From Rebecca billardiae RCC1528 (Eukaryota > Protista > Haptophyta), in assembly GCA_965240325.2 (NCBI GenBank), contig OZ251236.1:186001-250000 (forward strand): 64,000 nt of DNA, in the 5' to 3' direction. A program made the translations under genes and the position numbers. The notes beneath the pieces were generated by a model. It ran no database searches and was not told where the DNA came from. It saw only the letters and a program-made list of their open reading frames with translations. Positions 11,484 to 23,156 of this stretch are shown piece by piece (within the stretch, counting starts at the first letter, position 1; the number at the start of each line of letters is the position of its first letter).

Positions 11484-12631
11484 GCAGCTGTGTGGCCGCA
11501 TGAGCAGCGTGGAGTTGAGTACCGCCGCTGTTGGCGCGGGTGCTTGAAGCAGCACCGGATGGTTGGTCCTGCACGCCTGAGCACAGTTATGCACCAACTG
11601 CTCTCCTGGATGCGTTGAGAGACCAGGGCTCACCATCCGTGATCCGTGCTCAGCCTCTCAGCCTCGCTGAGCAGAGCAGCACCTCACCCGCTCGCAGCTG
11701 CGGCGGTGCCGTCTCCGCTTGCTGTCCGACAGCAAGTAGAGGACAGCATGCCAGCACCAGTGGGCACCGCCGATGCGTGTTCGGTGCCTGTGAGTATTCG
11801 CCTTAGCTCGGCCGCCACTGCATGGTGGGCGATGATGAGGTGAGTGCCAGCACAGGTCACGGCCGCGAGCAAGGGTGATGTGCACCGGTGTGGAGGCATG
11901 TACGAACGTACCGGTGGCCCCTGCTGCTTGCCGGCCTTGCCCCCTCCTTCTCGACCTTGGTTGCCTTCTCAACGCGCTGCTCCCACGCATGAGCTCTGCG
12001 ACGCCGTCGGCCCTGCCCACCGGCGGCCCGCAGGCGGTGACGCCCCGCCTGGGCTGTGGACAGCTGCCCTGTTGCCCCATGCTGAGCCAAGTTGCAGCCG
12101 GCCGCAGTGCGTCCCCGTGCACACGCAAACTGGGCGATTCGGCCCAGTTTGCGATGGCACGGCCGCAGTGGGCGCGTGCCATCTGAAACTGAGGCTTTTC
12201 CCCAGTTTACTGACCCGCGAAGCCCCCCACTGTGCCATCGCAAACTGGGCCAAAAGCCCCAGTTTCAGCTGGCATCCGCCACTGCAGAGCGCCAAACCTG
12301 GCTGCGTCAAAGCGATTTTTCGTGGCTGAGCTTCTCAAGAGAGCCGAACTCGAGATCGCCGCGAGCAAGCGCGCGTTTGGTCCCAGACACAGCGTTGTCC
12401 GAGGTCAAATACCACAGTCTGGGGTGAGGGTGGTGGTTGGTTGGGGGCTGGCCAGGGTAGGGCTGGAGGCTTCGGCCGCCAGCCTGATCACCCGGAGCCC
12501 GTTATAAAGGGGAATTTAAATTTCAGATTCTCATCCGCCGCTGTATCAAGGGCCTTGGCTGTATCTACTCTCATAGACGAGGCAATCGTTTGCGGACACC
12601 TGGATCGGCATCGTTGGCAGGGCGTGCAGTA

Positions 12632-14120
12632 ATGCTGCGGTGCACGTCGACCGTGCGCGCCGCGTCGGCGTCGGCGGGCGCGCGGGGCGTGCCTGTCGCT
12701 CGGCGCGCGCGCGCGCACTCGACCGTGCCAGTGAAGCACACCGATCCCGCGCCGCCCGCCGCGGAGGAGGCGCTGCGCACCGCCCTCGAGCGCGCGCGCG
12801 CGCGCGCCGACCCGCTCGTCGACGGCCACGGCCGGAGGCACACGTACCTGCGCCTCTCGCTGACGGAGCGGTGCTCGCTGCGCTGCTCGTACTGCATGCC
12901 GCCGGACGGCGTCAAGCTCACCCCCGAGAAGCGCCTGCTCACGCTCCCCGAGCTGCTCCGCCTCGCCGAGGCGTTCGTCTCCGCGGGCGTGACCAAGGTC
13001 AGACTGACGGGCGGCGAGCCGACCGTGCGCGCCGACCTGGAGGAAGTGGTGGCCGGGCTGGACGCGCTGCGCCCGCTGGGGCTGGAGCACATCGCGATGA
13101 CCTCGAACGGCATCGCCCTCGCCCGCCGGCTCCCCGGACTCCGCGACGCTGGACTCGACTCGGTCAACCTCTCACTTGACACTTTGGATCGAGAGCGCTT
13201 CAAGTGCGCGCGGCGCGCGCGCGCGCGGCCAGCGGGCGGCGCGCGGGCGGCGCGCGGGCGGCGTGGGGTGCACCCCACGCCGCGCGGCGCGGCGCGGCCT
13301 GGCCCGCTGCGTGCTGCGCCCGCGGCCTGCCGCGCGTGCACGCGCCCGCTGGGCGCATCCCCGCCGCGCGCCGCGCGCGCGCGCGGCGGCCGACGCGGCA
13401 GCCTGGCCGATTGCCGCCGCCAGCGCGGGCCCCGCGGGCGCACCGCCTCGCCCGCTCGCGCCTGACCCGCGCCCGCGTGCGCGCCGCGCGCGCCCGCCGC
13501 GGCGCAGGCGGCTGTGCCACCGCGACGCGCTGCCCAAGGTGCTGCGCGCGATCGACGCCGCCCAGTCCGTCGGCTTTAACCACCAGCTCAAGCTGAACTG
13601 CGTACTCATGGACGGGGTCAACGAAGATGAGCTGCCGGCCTTTGCCGAGCTCGCGCGCAGCCGCGGGATCGACGTGCGCTTCATCGAGTACATGCCGTTC
13701 GGGGGCAACGGCTGGGCGGAGGCGAAGATGGTGCCCGCGTCCGAGATGCGCGCCCGGCTCGAGCGCGCGGGCGTCACGCTCACGCCCGTCGTCACGCACG
13801 CGCACGACACCGCGCGCTCGTTCGCGATCGGGCCGAGCGTCGAGGCGGCGGGCCCGGGGCGGGTTTCGTTCATCTCGTCGATGACGGAGCACTTCTGCGC
13901 CGGGTGCAACCGGCTGCGCGTCACGGCGGACGGCAACCTCAAGGTGTGCCTCTTCGGACAGAAGGAGCTCTCGCTGCGCGACGCGATGCGCGCGGGCGCG
14001 GGCACGGCCGAGCTGCACGCGCTCGTCAAGAAAGCGCTCGGCCGGAAGCACGCGCGGCACGCGGGCATGCACGAGATCGCGCGCGTCGCCGACCGGCCGA
14101 TGACGACGATCGGCGGCTGA
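12632..14120 (+). CDS. moaA: GTP 3',8-cyclase (molybdenum cofactor biosynthesis MoaA/CNX2/MOCS1A), 2 exons
   Basis: Exons 12632-13203 and 13508-14120 (GT-AG intron 13204-13507). YLRLSLTERCSLRCSYC radical-SAM motif, RLTGGEP, RFIEYMP, FCAGCNRLR...C and C-terminal IGG. R/A/S-rich transit-peptide-like N-terminus. Confidence 0.95.
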
Positions 14121-15465
14121 CGCGGCGGCGCGCGGGGGGAGGTCGACTGCGCGGCCGCGCGCGCGGCGGGCAGCGCCGGCTGCTGAGGAGCATGCTGCGC
14201 GCGCGGCGAAGACAGAGGGTGCCGCTGGCGCTCTCCGAGCAGCACCTGATGCGCCGGCCGCGGTGTGTTGTCACACTCACAGTCTCACACTCACAGTCAA
14301 TGATGATGCGGATCGGATCGCGCGTCGTTAGTATAGTGGCTCTGGCTCATGGCGCTGTGTACTCAGTACTCACTCCGAGTCGTACAGCGAAGTACAGCGT
14401 GGCGTCGATCGGCCGTACCGCGACTCATCGTCTAAGCTCGACGACTGTGATACTAGCAGTCGTCGATACGGCCGTACGTCGGTACTACTGCTGTGTAGCC
14501 TGTGATCGGTTGCCACTGCCAGCGGCAGCGGCACCGCCCGAATCGTAGTCATATCGAGTCCGCGCCGATCAGCTGACGGACCGATCATTGCTGATCCGGT
14601 CACCATTCGTCACGGACTCACGGAAGTCGTGTGATGAGTGATTCATGCTGCGCTGCCTCAGTGATATGACTGAGTGCAGCCTGCAGCTGCGGTCCGGCCG
14701 GTCGTCTGCGCCGCCGGGCGGCGCGCCCCGCCGCGCCGGCGTAGCTAGCTACTAGCCGTAGTCGTCCGCCGACGATCGTCGTTCATTCGAGTCGTCGTCG
14801 CATCATCATCCGCTCCGCCGGGCGACGCCGATCATAGATAGTGCTGTAGCACTTCTAAGTCACAGCAGTCGTTTGCGCGTACGCCTACAGACAGTTTGAT
14901 GCCAGTTTGCCATCAGCAGACCGGCCCCCCAGCTTAGATGGCACTATGACACTGAGACTCTGACCGAGATCAGACGCCGCGGGGCGCCAGCGCACTCGCG
15001 GGCTGCACTGCCACAGAGGCGCGGTGTGGCGGCCCGGTAGTGACGCGGGTGACTACGCCGGACCGTGACTCTGTAGTCTGTGCCGACTGCGCGAGGCCCA
15101 CCGGGGCGTGCACGGGCCCCGGCCACTGGCGGACGGATCGGATCGGCGCGCGACGATATGGCATATGCGCAGATGCGCGCAGGTATACGGCCGCCTCTGT
15201 CTGTCACTGCTGGAGTGCTGGACTGCTGGTACGGCCGCGGCGGCGGCGCGCGCGCTGCCTGCTCCGAGTCGTGCTCGTTCAGTTTTTATACATCAGTTAC
15301 CCGGTGCGCGCGCTGCAAGTGCATCGGCACTTCATCAGCGCATAGGCACTTCATCATCATTAATGCTGATGTTAATTTAAGCAGGCTTTAAGCATAGTGC
15401 TGATGATATTCAAGAATATGCGATGACGCGACGTCGACTGATATATATATACGACTAATATTCAG

Positions 15466-15520
15466 ACGACGTGGTACTGACTTTGCTGAACGGGCAGGCG
15501 TCAGAGACAGAGTCAGCCGC
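15466..15520 (-). repeat. Degraded copy of the dispersed (TA)-associated repeat end
   Basis: ACGACGTGGTA..TGC..AACGGGCAGGCGTCAGAG..TCAGC matches 31419-31458 and 61048-61084, next to an (AT)5 tract. Confidence 0.6.
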
Positions 15521-15701
15521 ACACGAGTCGCGTGACAACACGCGCGTAACGGACGCAGCGCGGTCGGCTGCGTGCACGGCCGCACAGCGCCACTCAGCAG
15601 AGGCCCGCCACGGCCACGGGCAGGGCACTCGGGCACGGCGCCGCACGCGCAATGCCGCCTGCTACGAACTACTCAGGGCCAGGCTGACGCCGATCTAACA
15701 G

Positions 15702-18700
15702 CTAACTGCCGCCGGCGCCGGCGCCGGCAGCAAGAGTCAGCATCATCAGCCGGTCGATATAGGTGGACACCACCTCCATGCCCTCGAGTGTCTTGTCAGT
15801 GCACTCGGTGAGGCCTGCGTCCTCGAAGGTTGCGCGATCAGGGCTCCCCACGGGGTCTGGTGAAATTATAAGCAGCAGGGCGGGGGCGAGGGCGACGGGG
15901 AGCGGTCGCTGAGTCACGTCAGCGCGTGTGAACACAGAACGACAGCACACGCACGTGTGGGTGGAGTGCTGAGCGCCGCCCGATGTCGTGCGGGCCTGGT
16001 CCGCGTGGATGCACTCCGTTCGCAGCAGGAGCCCCGCCAGCGCGCCGCGCACGCGCGCACACAGCGCGCGCGCGGAGGCCGCGCGCACGCGTGGCTGTCT
16101 CACCTCCGGTCATGCCTATGATCAGACCCCTGTACCCGAGAGCGCGGAGGCGGCGCGTCGCCTCCTCCCCTCCGCATCGGGGCATCTGCGCGGCGGGTCG
16201 CGCGCGGGCAGGGGTCGACGGGGTGTCCGGCGGGTGAGCGCGGCGCGTGGCTCCACGCGGCGGCACTGGGGGGAAGCGCCCCGCGCACAGCCTGGCGCGC
16301 GCGCCGCGCGCTCGCGGCGCGGCGCACGGCCGTGGGCACCTGATTGTCCATGACGATAATGTCGTAAGCTCTGAGCCCACGCGCCTCGACCGCCTCCAGC
16401 GCAACCTGCCCGTCCTTCGCCACGTCGCACTCGAGGCCCGGGCGCGAGAAGAGGCGCGCGCCGAGCGTCATCTGCAGCATCTCGTCGTCCTCGACGTGCA
16501 GGCAGCGCACGGGGGCGCCCGGGGGCCGAGGCACGGCGGCCACGGGCGCGCCGCCGTCCGCCGCGCTCGCCCGCGCCGAGCCGGCAGCCCATGGGGACGG
16601 GGCGGGCTCCGCGGGCGAGAGGCGCAGCCTCATCTCGAAGGTGGTGCCGCGCCCATGGCCGTCGGAGTGCAGGCTGAGCGACGAGCCGTTGTGCAGGTCG
16701 AGGATGGCGCGCACAATGTTGAGGCCCAGGCCCGTACCGCCGTTGCCCTGGGTTGGGTGGGAGAAGACGGGGGCACGGGAGGGGCGGCGCGATTGGTGGG
16801 CGGCGGTAAGGCAGCAAGCGCGACGGCAGCGCGGCGGAGGAGGTGGTGCGAGCTCGGAGGCCGCGCAGTCGCACCCGCGCCCCCCTTGCTCCGTACCCAG
16901 CCCCCGGCCCGACCCGACGCGCGCGCCCGGAGCGCCCCGCGCCGCTCACCTGCATCTGCCCTTTGCCCACCTGCGCGAACGCGTCGCCTTGTCTTAAAAC
17001 GTCGAGCTCGTCCGCCGTCATGCCGACGCCCTCGTCGACCACGCGCACGCACAGCTCGGCGAGGCCGTCCGCCGACGCATCCGCGGGCAGCGCGAGGTGT
17101 GCGCTCAGCGTGACCCGCTGCCCCGCCTCGGAGAACTTGATGGCGTTGCTCAAGCCGTTGCCGATGCACTGGAGAAGGCGGCGGCGGTCGCCAGAGAAGC
17201 AAACACCGTCCAGAGCGGCCGGCAGCGAGGCCGCCACCAGGCTCACAGATCGGCGCTGAGCGAGCGGCGCGAAGGAGAGGTCGGCGTCGCCGAGCAGGCG
17301 CCTGAGCGAGAACGACTCCACGCTCAGCTGCATGCGCCCGCTGTCGATCCGCTCGAAGTCGAGCATGTCGCTCACGATGCCCTCCATCAGAGTTGTGCAC
17401 GTCTGCAGCGCGTCGACGGCGCGCCGCACGTGCGCGTGGGAGAGCTGGGTCGTGTCCGGGAGCTCTGCGATGGCGTCGGCCATGTTGCGCACCGCCAGGA
17501 GCGGCGAGCGCAGGTCTGCGCGGGCGAGGGTGGCGGGAGCGCGGGCAGCGGCCGCGCGCCGAGGGGCTGAGCGGCGCGCGAGGACGAGCCCGGACGGGCA
17601 GCGGCAGCGCGGCAGGCGGGATCGGAGAGCGAGCGCGCGACCAGCACAGCACAGGCTGGCGCGGCGCGCGGGTCTCGCCCCGGCCCCTGCCGCCGGCTGA
17701 GGCATGGGACGAGGTTGACACGCGTGTGCCGCCGTGCGCACGGCGCACGGCGGTGGCCGGGTCGGGCCCCGCGCAGCACGCACCGTGCATGACGACGCGA
17801 ATGAGCTTGGCCCGCGCTGAGGTGGCTACCTCGGCCGTGGTCGCGCGCAGCTGCGCCACAAGCTCACCCTTCCTCGCGTCGCGCCACTCGCGCGCGCGCG
17901 CGATGAGCTCCCCGCGGAAGTGGTGCTTGCCGCGGTCCGTGCGCGAGCGCTTGCGCACCGCCACGGCGGCGGTGACCAAGAGGGCGAGGTAGATGGCCAC
18001 GTCTGTGTTGCTCACAAGCGTGGAGCTCGCTGACGGGATTATCGCCTCGCCTGCGACGATGCCAGCGGCGGCGCAGGCGGCGATGGCGAGGAACGGGGCC
18101 ATGTCCAGCGGGATGAAGAGGCCCGCGACGAAGACGATGGCGATCGATCGGGTGAGCGCCGAGTGCAGCGTCCCCCGATGCTCGGGCAGAGACCTGCCCG
18201 CCAACAGCTCCATCCGCCCTCCGAAAAACACCACCAACCGCAGGTTCCACGCTACGCCGAGCCAGACGACCGAGAGCCACTCCAGCACGGCGAGGGGGAC
18301 CGTCTCGCTCCGCCGCGCGAAGAGGGAGACGCATATGACCGTGACGTTGAGCGCGAGCATGAGGAGGTCGAAGGCGAAGTTCTCCACAAAGATCGGCTGG
18401 CCGGATGCGATCGGAAGGCCCACCACGCCGAGCGTGAGCACGGTGGCGACGACGCCAAGGTGCAGCAGCCCGGCGATGAACTCGTCGCGCAGGCCATCGC
18501 GGAAGTCACGCTCGCGCCGATCCTCGCGGAAGCGCAGGAGCATGCGCGTGAGGGCGGGCGGCGGCACATCGACATCGAGATCATCGGCCGCGGGGCGGGG
18601 CATGCTCACCGTGGCGTCGTCTCCGCCCACTCTGCGGGGTGCGCCTTCTGCCTCGCCGTCATGCGGGGCGCCGATCTCGTCCACAACGACGGCACTCGCT

Positions 18701-18774
18701 TCTTCGACATCAGGGTGCACGGCGGCGGCTGCACCGGCCGACCCCTTCCCGTGGGGGAGGGGGCACCATTTCAT
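15702..18774 (-). CDS. Membrane-bound hybrid sensor histidine kinase (TM region-HisKA-HATPase-REC), 5 exons
   Basis: Exons 18774-17784, 17515-16950, 16747-16340, 16185-16104 and 15856-15702, all GT-AG. Splicing restores H-box VMHDLRSPL, N-box NGLSNAIKF, G1 VVDEGVG, G2 GGTGLGL and receiver HVEDD...IVMDNQMP...IIGMTGD. About 6 N-terminal TM helices. Confidence 0.9.
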
Positions 18775-19663
18775 GGCGAGGCCTGACGTGTGCGCGGCGC
18801 GGCCGGTACGAAGACCGTAGCAGTTCTAACCGGCCGTCTGGGACATTACATTCCTCCCCTTTCATTCCTGCTTTGATTACTGTACAGTATGTACTGTCAG
18901 TATTGCGTATGAACCGACGGAATCTTTGCTGTCTATTCATAAGACTACCCTAGCATCTGCCGATAATCTCGTCCGCCTTGCTGCAATCTGGTTGCAAGAT
19001 TATAACAAGGGCGGTTGATTATAAGTAGTAGCAGAGCTATCTCAGGGGGGTCCAGATGAAGTTGGGGACCTTGGTCACTGGTAAAAAGGGAGCCATGGCA
19101 TGGCGGCCGTGATCCACGTCATCGTGTGACCGATCAGTAGCGGGCAGGATCACCGTTCTGATGGCCGTGCTGACCTCTGGGGCATGCCAGGCGAGGGTGC
19201 CGACCAATGTTCTGTCTGACACCACCAGCCGTGAGTCTGACGATCAATGTTGGCTGCGTGGTAGTCGTGCGACACCAGTCCGACTCCGACACTCCGCGTC
19301 CGCGGACACGGCTGCCGTGCGAATAGGCCGCCAGTGGCGTGTGCGCGCCTGTCAACGGCGGGATGATCAACGACCGGCATGGCTAGCAAGCTGGTCAGGG
19401 CTGGTAGCAGCCTTCTCTGGGACCACGCCACGCGATTCGGCGACATCCCCACGGCGCAATGCCCGTCCAGACGGCGGCACGGACCTGCCGGCCAGCCTGA
19501 CTGCCAGCGCGATCGGACCGTAGTCATAGAGTAGCCACCCTGACCGGCGCCACCTGATCCTGATTCATGAGCAGTGATTCTGGCCCGGAGTATGGTACTA
19601 CCGTAGTAGTTCTTGCTGTGACGATACTAAAAATGGCTGCCGCCGAAGGACTAGTCGACGGTA

Positions 19664-21063
19664 CAGGCAATCGCGGGCAATAAGGAGCTGTCACGTTAAG
19701 AAACTGGGGCTTGCTATCTGCGGATCTGGCCTAGAAACTGAGGCTAGCGATTGGCTGGTTCGCTATACGCATAGTCACACTAAGAAACCGGGACTACGTC
19801 GTCCCCGGTCTCGGCTGACGAGTGGTCCGCCGTAAGGGGCGAGGCGCAGTCGGCCCGTCGGGGACGCGGCGCGCGGCCCGACTACGACGGTACAGTACAG
19901 GCCAATTAGTCCCGACTTCTCCTGATGACTGACTCCTGGCCAGTGCACCGCAGCATCCATGCAACATCATGCCAGATTTATGCTGCTGCTGACCCGTTGC
20001 ACGCGTGAGCGCCGAAAAAACGACACTTTGGCAGTGATAGTCATCAGCACCGTCGCCGCATCGTGGGCATGCCGCTGCCGCCGCCGGCGGCGGCAGCGGG
20101 AGCGTGGCAGCAGATCTACCACCTTCCGCGTTACGCGCTGCGTCGTGCGCGCCAGGTGGCAGGTTTCCCAGGTCCGCCGCGCGGAAGGCAGCGTGAGCGG
20201 TCGGCGAGCGCACGGAGATGAGAAGTAAGCGCGCATCGTGAGAGCTTCAGCAGCTTGCCCACGCGCTTCACGAAAGCGGTGTGGTTGCGTGCGCACGCCT
20301 TCTGTACCCGTACCCGCGATCAAAGCGTGAGCCACTCCCTAGGTCTTGCCTGCGCATCGCGGGCCGCGCCTCGTCTCCTGAATCCTCGTTCACGAGGACA
20401 GCACGTGTATCCGTGTACGCGCTCGCGGCCGATGGCGGCTCCCCGCGTCGAGAGCCGTTTGGCTGGAGCCGCATCCAAGGGCATGTATCCTCACGGCCCC
20501 ACCCGATGCTGACGCTGAGGTGGCGTGCTTGCCGAAGGTAGCCGCATTGGCTGATCTCTCTGCCTTTGGGCAACCCTTTGCAACCGCGCCGGCTCACGCT
20601 GCCAGCGCGCGCGCGGCGTGGCTTCGTGGTGGACACCTGCCCTGGGTTTTGTCGTTCGTTCTCAGCGACGGTTGGGTCGATTGACATGCGGATTGGATTG
20701 GTGCATTGCGAATCGGCTCCGCAATGCACCATTGCGCTCGGATCGGCGCGGACGTCAGCCATGCGGCAGCGCGAGCGACAAAACCGCGAGATTTCATACG
20801 CTTGTCGTTTTTTCATACGCTCACGGTTACTCACCCGTGCAACGGGTCTGCTCCAAAAAGGCCCAAAATTTTCGTCGGCCTCGCCGGCCGGGCCTATGAA
20901 GACTCAGCGGGGGGCTCTGCCCCCCTGCGCCCCCTGCGCCTGCGCGGCGGGCGGACCTAGCGCTAAGAAACTGAGACTCCGTAGGCGCTCGGGCTACCGA
21001 ACGGCTAAGAAACCGAGGCTAGCCGTGAGATCTCTGACTTGGCTTATTGCCCGCGATTGCCTG
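19664..21063. mobile_element. Non-autonomous Tc1/mariner-type TIR element (1.4 kb)
   Basis: Perfect 21-bp TIR CAGGCAATCGCGGGCAATAAG (19664-19684 / 21043-21063) flanked by TA on both sides. Subterminal (TA)AGAAACYGRGRCT repeats. No transposase ORF. Confidence 0.85.
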
Positions 21064-21605
21064 TAGTCTAAGTAGTTACTAACTACTAAGTCACGTCAGC
21101 GCCGTCGTTAGCCGGTAGTACGGTGGTGACAGCGGCGCCGCGGTGGCCGTGGCGGCGGCTGCCGGCCGGGACGTGGCGTACTCTAGCGGCGGTTTGCAAC
21201 ATGTCGACTGAGCAGCAGGACCACTTCAGGCGCCACCCCGCGCGCCATACGCCGGGGCAGTGACCCGTACCAGACTCCTGAGGCTGAGCCAGATGACAGT
21301 GACCCGCCCCGGGCGTTGGTCGCGTTGCGCGCACGGCCATCCCCCCGGCCGCCCGGCCCCGGGCCCGGCTCGTTGCGCGGCAACCGCGGCGTTGCCGCCG
21401 CGCGCGGTCTGTCGCGTGTGTGAGTGCCAGACTAGCGGCGCCGGATGAGGCTGCGGCCCCTGTGTGATCAGCAGGGCTGCAGGCTCCTCGTGAGGCCCAC
21501 CACCTGTTGGCTGTTGGCGCTGCGACGTGCCGCGTGTGGCACTGTGGCAGTGCCGCCAGCACTCGCCTTATTGGCAGCGCCGGCCGGCCGCCGGCTGCTG
21601 TGGGC

Positions 21606-23156
21606 CTAGCCGGCATAGCGGTGCGGCGGGCCGCTAGTACTGTGAAGCCGCATGTGGCCCGGCGGCGTCGGCTGCAGCCCCAACGGCCGCTGGTGATGCC
21701 GCTGCTGGCCGTCCTCGGACGGCGGCCAGCGGTGGCTGCCGTCGTGCCGCTCGGCATCCGCCCGACTGGGGCCGTGCACGCCATTCTCCAACAAGCCGGA
21801 CTCCTCGTCCACAGCCGCGCGGCCGCCCGCGTTTGCGTACAGCTGCGGCGCGTATTCGGCGGCGGCGTCGTCGCCGGGCGTGATGGACGCGGCGAGCGCG
21901 GCCGCGTCACCCGCGACCACGTCCGCCTCACCCATCACAGGCGGTGCGCGGGCCGCTAGCAGCTCGTGCGGCGGCAGAGGCGGCGGCCTGCCGCCCGTGC
22001 TAGGCTGCCTGCCGCGCGCGCCGGGCGCGGCCCTGCCGCGGCGCGCGCGCGCACCACGCGGCACGAATCGCGCGAGGAAGCTGCGCTGCTCCTCGCTGTC
22101 GCGCGCCGCCGTCATCGGCTCGGCGGCGGAGCCGTCGCATGCCGCCACGCCCGGCCGCTCCGGCGGCGGCTGGCTCAGCACCCCGACTTGGAAGTGCCCG
22201 GTTTCGTCAATCGCGAGCACGAAGAAGTCCCCCTGGTGCACGGTGGGGCCGAGCGTGCGGAAGAGCGTGCCCATCCCCTCGAGCACGTGCATCGGCGGCG
22301 TGCGCGGGTTCGTCCACCGCCGGAACCGCAGCATGTGCAGCTGGCGCCGAGAATCGTTCACCCGCACCGCGGCCGGGCCGTTGTGCCCGAGCCCTCTGAA
22401 GAAGACGGTCGCGATGTGCTTTGGCACGACGAGCCGGCCGAGCCGGCTGGCGTCCGCGTGGGTGAGCTTCTTGGAGAACAGGATCCGCGCCGACGGCTCG
22501 AGCGGCAGCGTCCAGCTCCCGCCGCAGCCCTCCACCTCGCGCACGCACTGCGAGGCTTCAAGGGCGATCTGAGTCCCAAGCTCCACAGTCGCCGGTGCAT
22601 CGCCGAGCGCGAGCTGACGCGGTGCGAGCTGGGTGGGCGACTCGCGCTTGACGCCGACGACGAAGGCGGAGGTGCGCGCGCTCACGCCGAGGACGAGGGT
22701 GAGCTCGCCCGCCTCCGCCCCCGCCGCCTGCGCGCCCGCCTCGCCGCTCGGCGTCCGGCCGCCGTGGTCAGCAATGGCCGCCGAGATGGTCGGCCGCACG
22801 CCGTGCAGCGCAAAGCAGCGCGAGGACTCTGCGTCGGGCCGCGCGAGGGTGGCGGCGCAGAAGCGCCAGGTCCACACGCGCTCGCGCGCGTCGGCGACGA
22901 GCACATCCACCGGCGGCTCGCCCGTCAGCCCGTAGAAGCCGCGCGCCGCGGCCACGGGGAGCATGTACACGCGGTCGGTGCGCGCGTCGACGAGCGCCTC
23001 GAACAGGATCGACGCGCCGGGCTCGAGCGGGAGGAGCCACTCGGCGGGTGGCGTGTCGTCGGCACGCGCGCGCGCGGACGTGCGCGCCGCGCCGCTCTCG
23101 GCCGGCGCGGCCTCCGGCGCGGGCGCGGCGGGAGTCGGGTCGTCGTCGGTCGTCAT
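21606..23156 (-). CDS. Protein with two B3 DNA-binding domains (ABI3/VAL/RAV-like)
   Basis: Second domain LFSKKLTHADASRLGRLVVPK...FRRWTN...HVLEG...QGDFFVL resembles LAV/RAV B3. The first copy is degenerate (ILFEALVD...WTWRF...FALHG...FVVGVKR). Both are preceded by LPLEPxAxILF. Start taken at MTTDDD; ORF is open to 23300; possible intron near 22060. Confidence 0.75.
   Translation of the reverse strand: MTTDDDPTPAAPAPEAAPAESGAARTSARARADDTPPAEWLLPLEPGASILFEALVDARTDRVYMLPVAAARGFYGLTGEPPVDVLVADARERVWTWRFCAATLARPDAESSRCFALHGVRPTISAAIADHGGRTPSGEAGAQAAGAEAGELTLVLGVSARTSAFVVGVKRESPTQLAPRQLALGDAPATVELGTQIALEASQCVREVEGCGGSWTLPLEPSARILFSKKLTHADASRLGRLVVPKHIATVFFRGLGHNGPAAVRVNDSRRQLHMLRFRRWTNPRTPPMHVLEGMGTLFRTLGPTVHQGDFFVLAIDETGHFQVGVLSQPPPERPGVAACDGSAAEPMTAARDSEEQRSFLARFVPRGARARRGRAAPGARGRQPSTGGRPPPLPPHELLAARAPPVMGEADVVAGDAAALAASITPGDDAAAEYAPQLYANAGGRAAVDEESGLLENGVHGPSRADAERHDGSHRWPPSEDGQQRHHQRPLGLQPTPPGHMRLHSTSGPPHRYAG

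Larger units (their letters stand above)
5358..12299. mobile_element. Foldback-like element: long inverted arms, each containing a 214-bp tandem array, with a non-coding centre
   Basis: 5358-~6170 is a near-identical reverse complement of ~11480-12299 (one 9-bp indel near 12066-12075). Both arms continue into arrays of the same 214-bp unit in opposite orientation. Spacer ~9100-9960 contains (TA)n. No transposase ORF and no TSD found. Confidence 0.8.
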
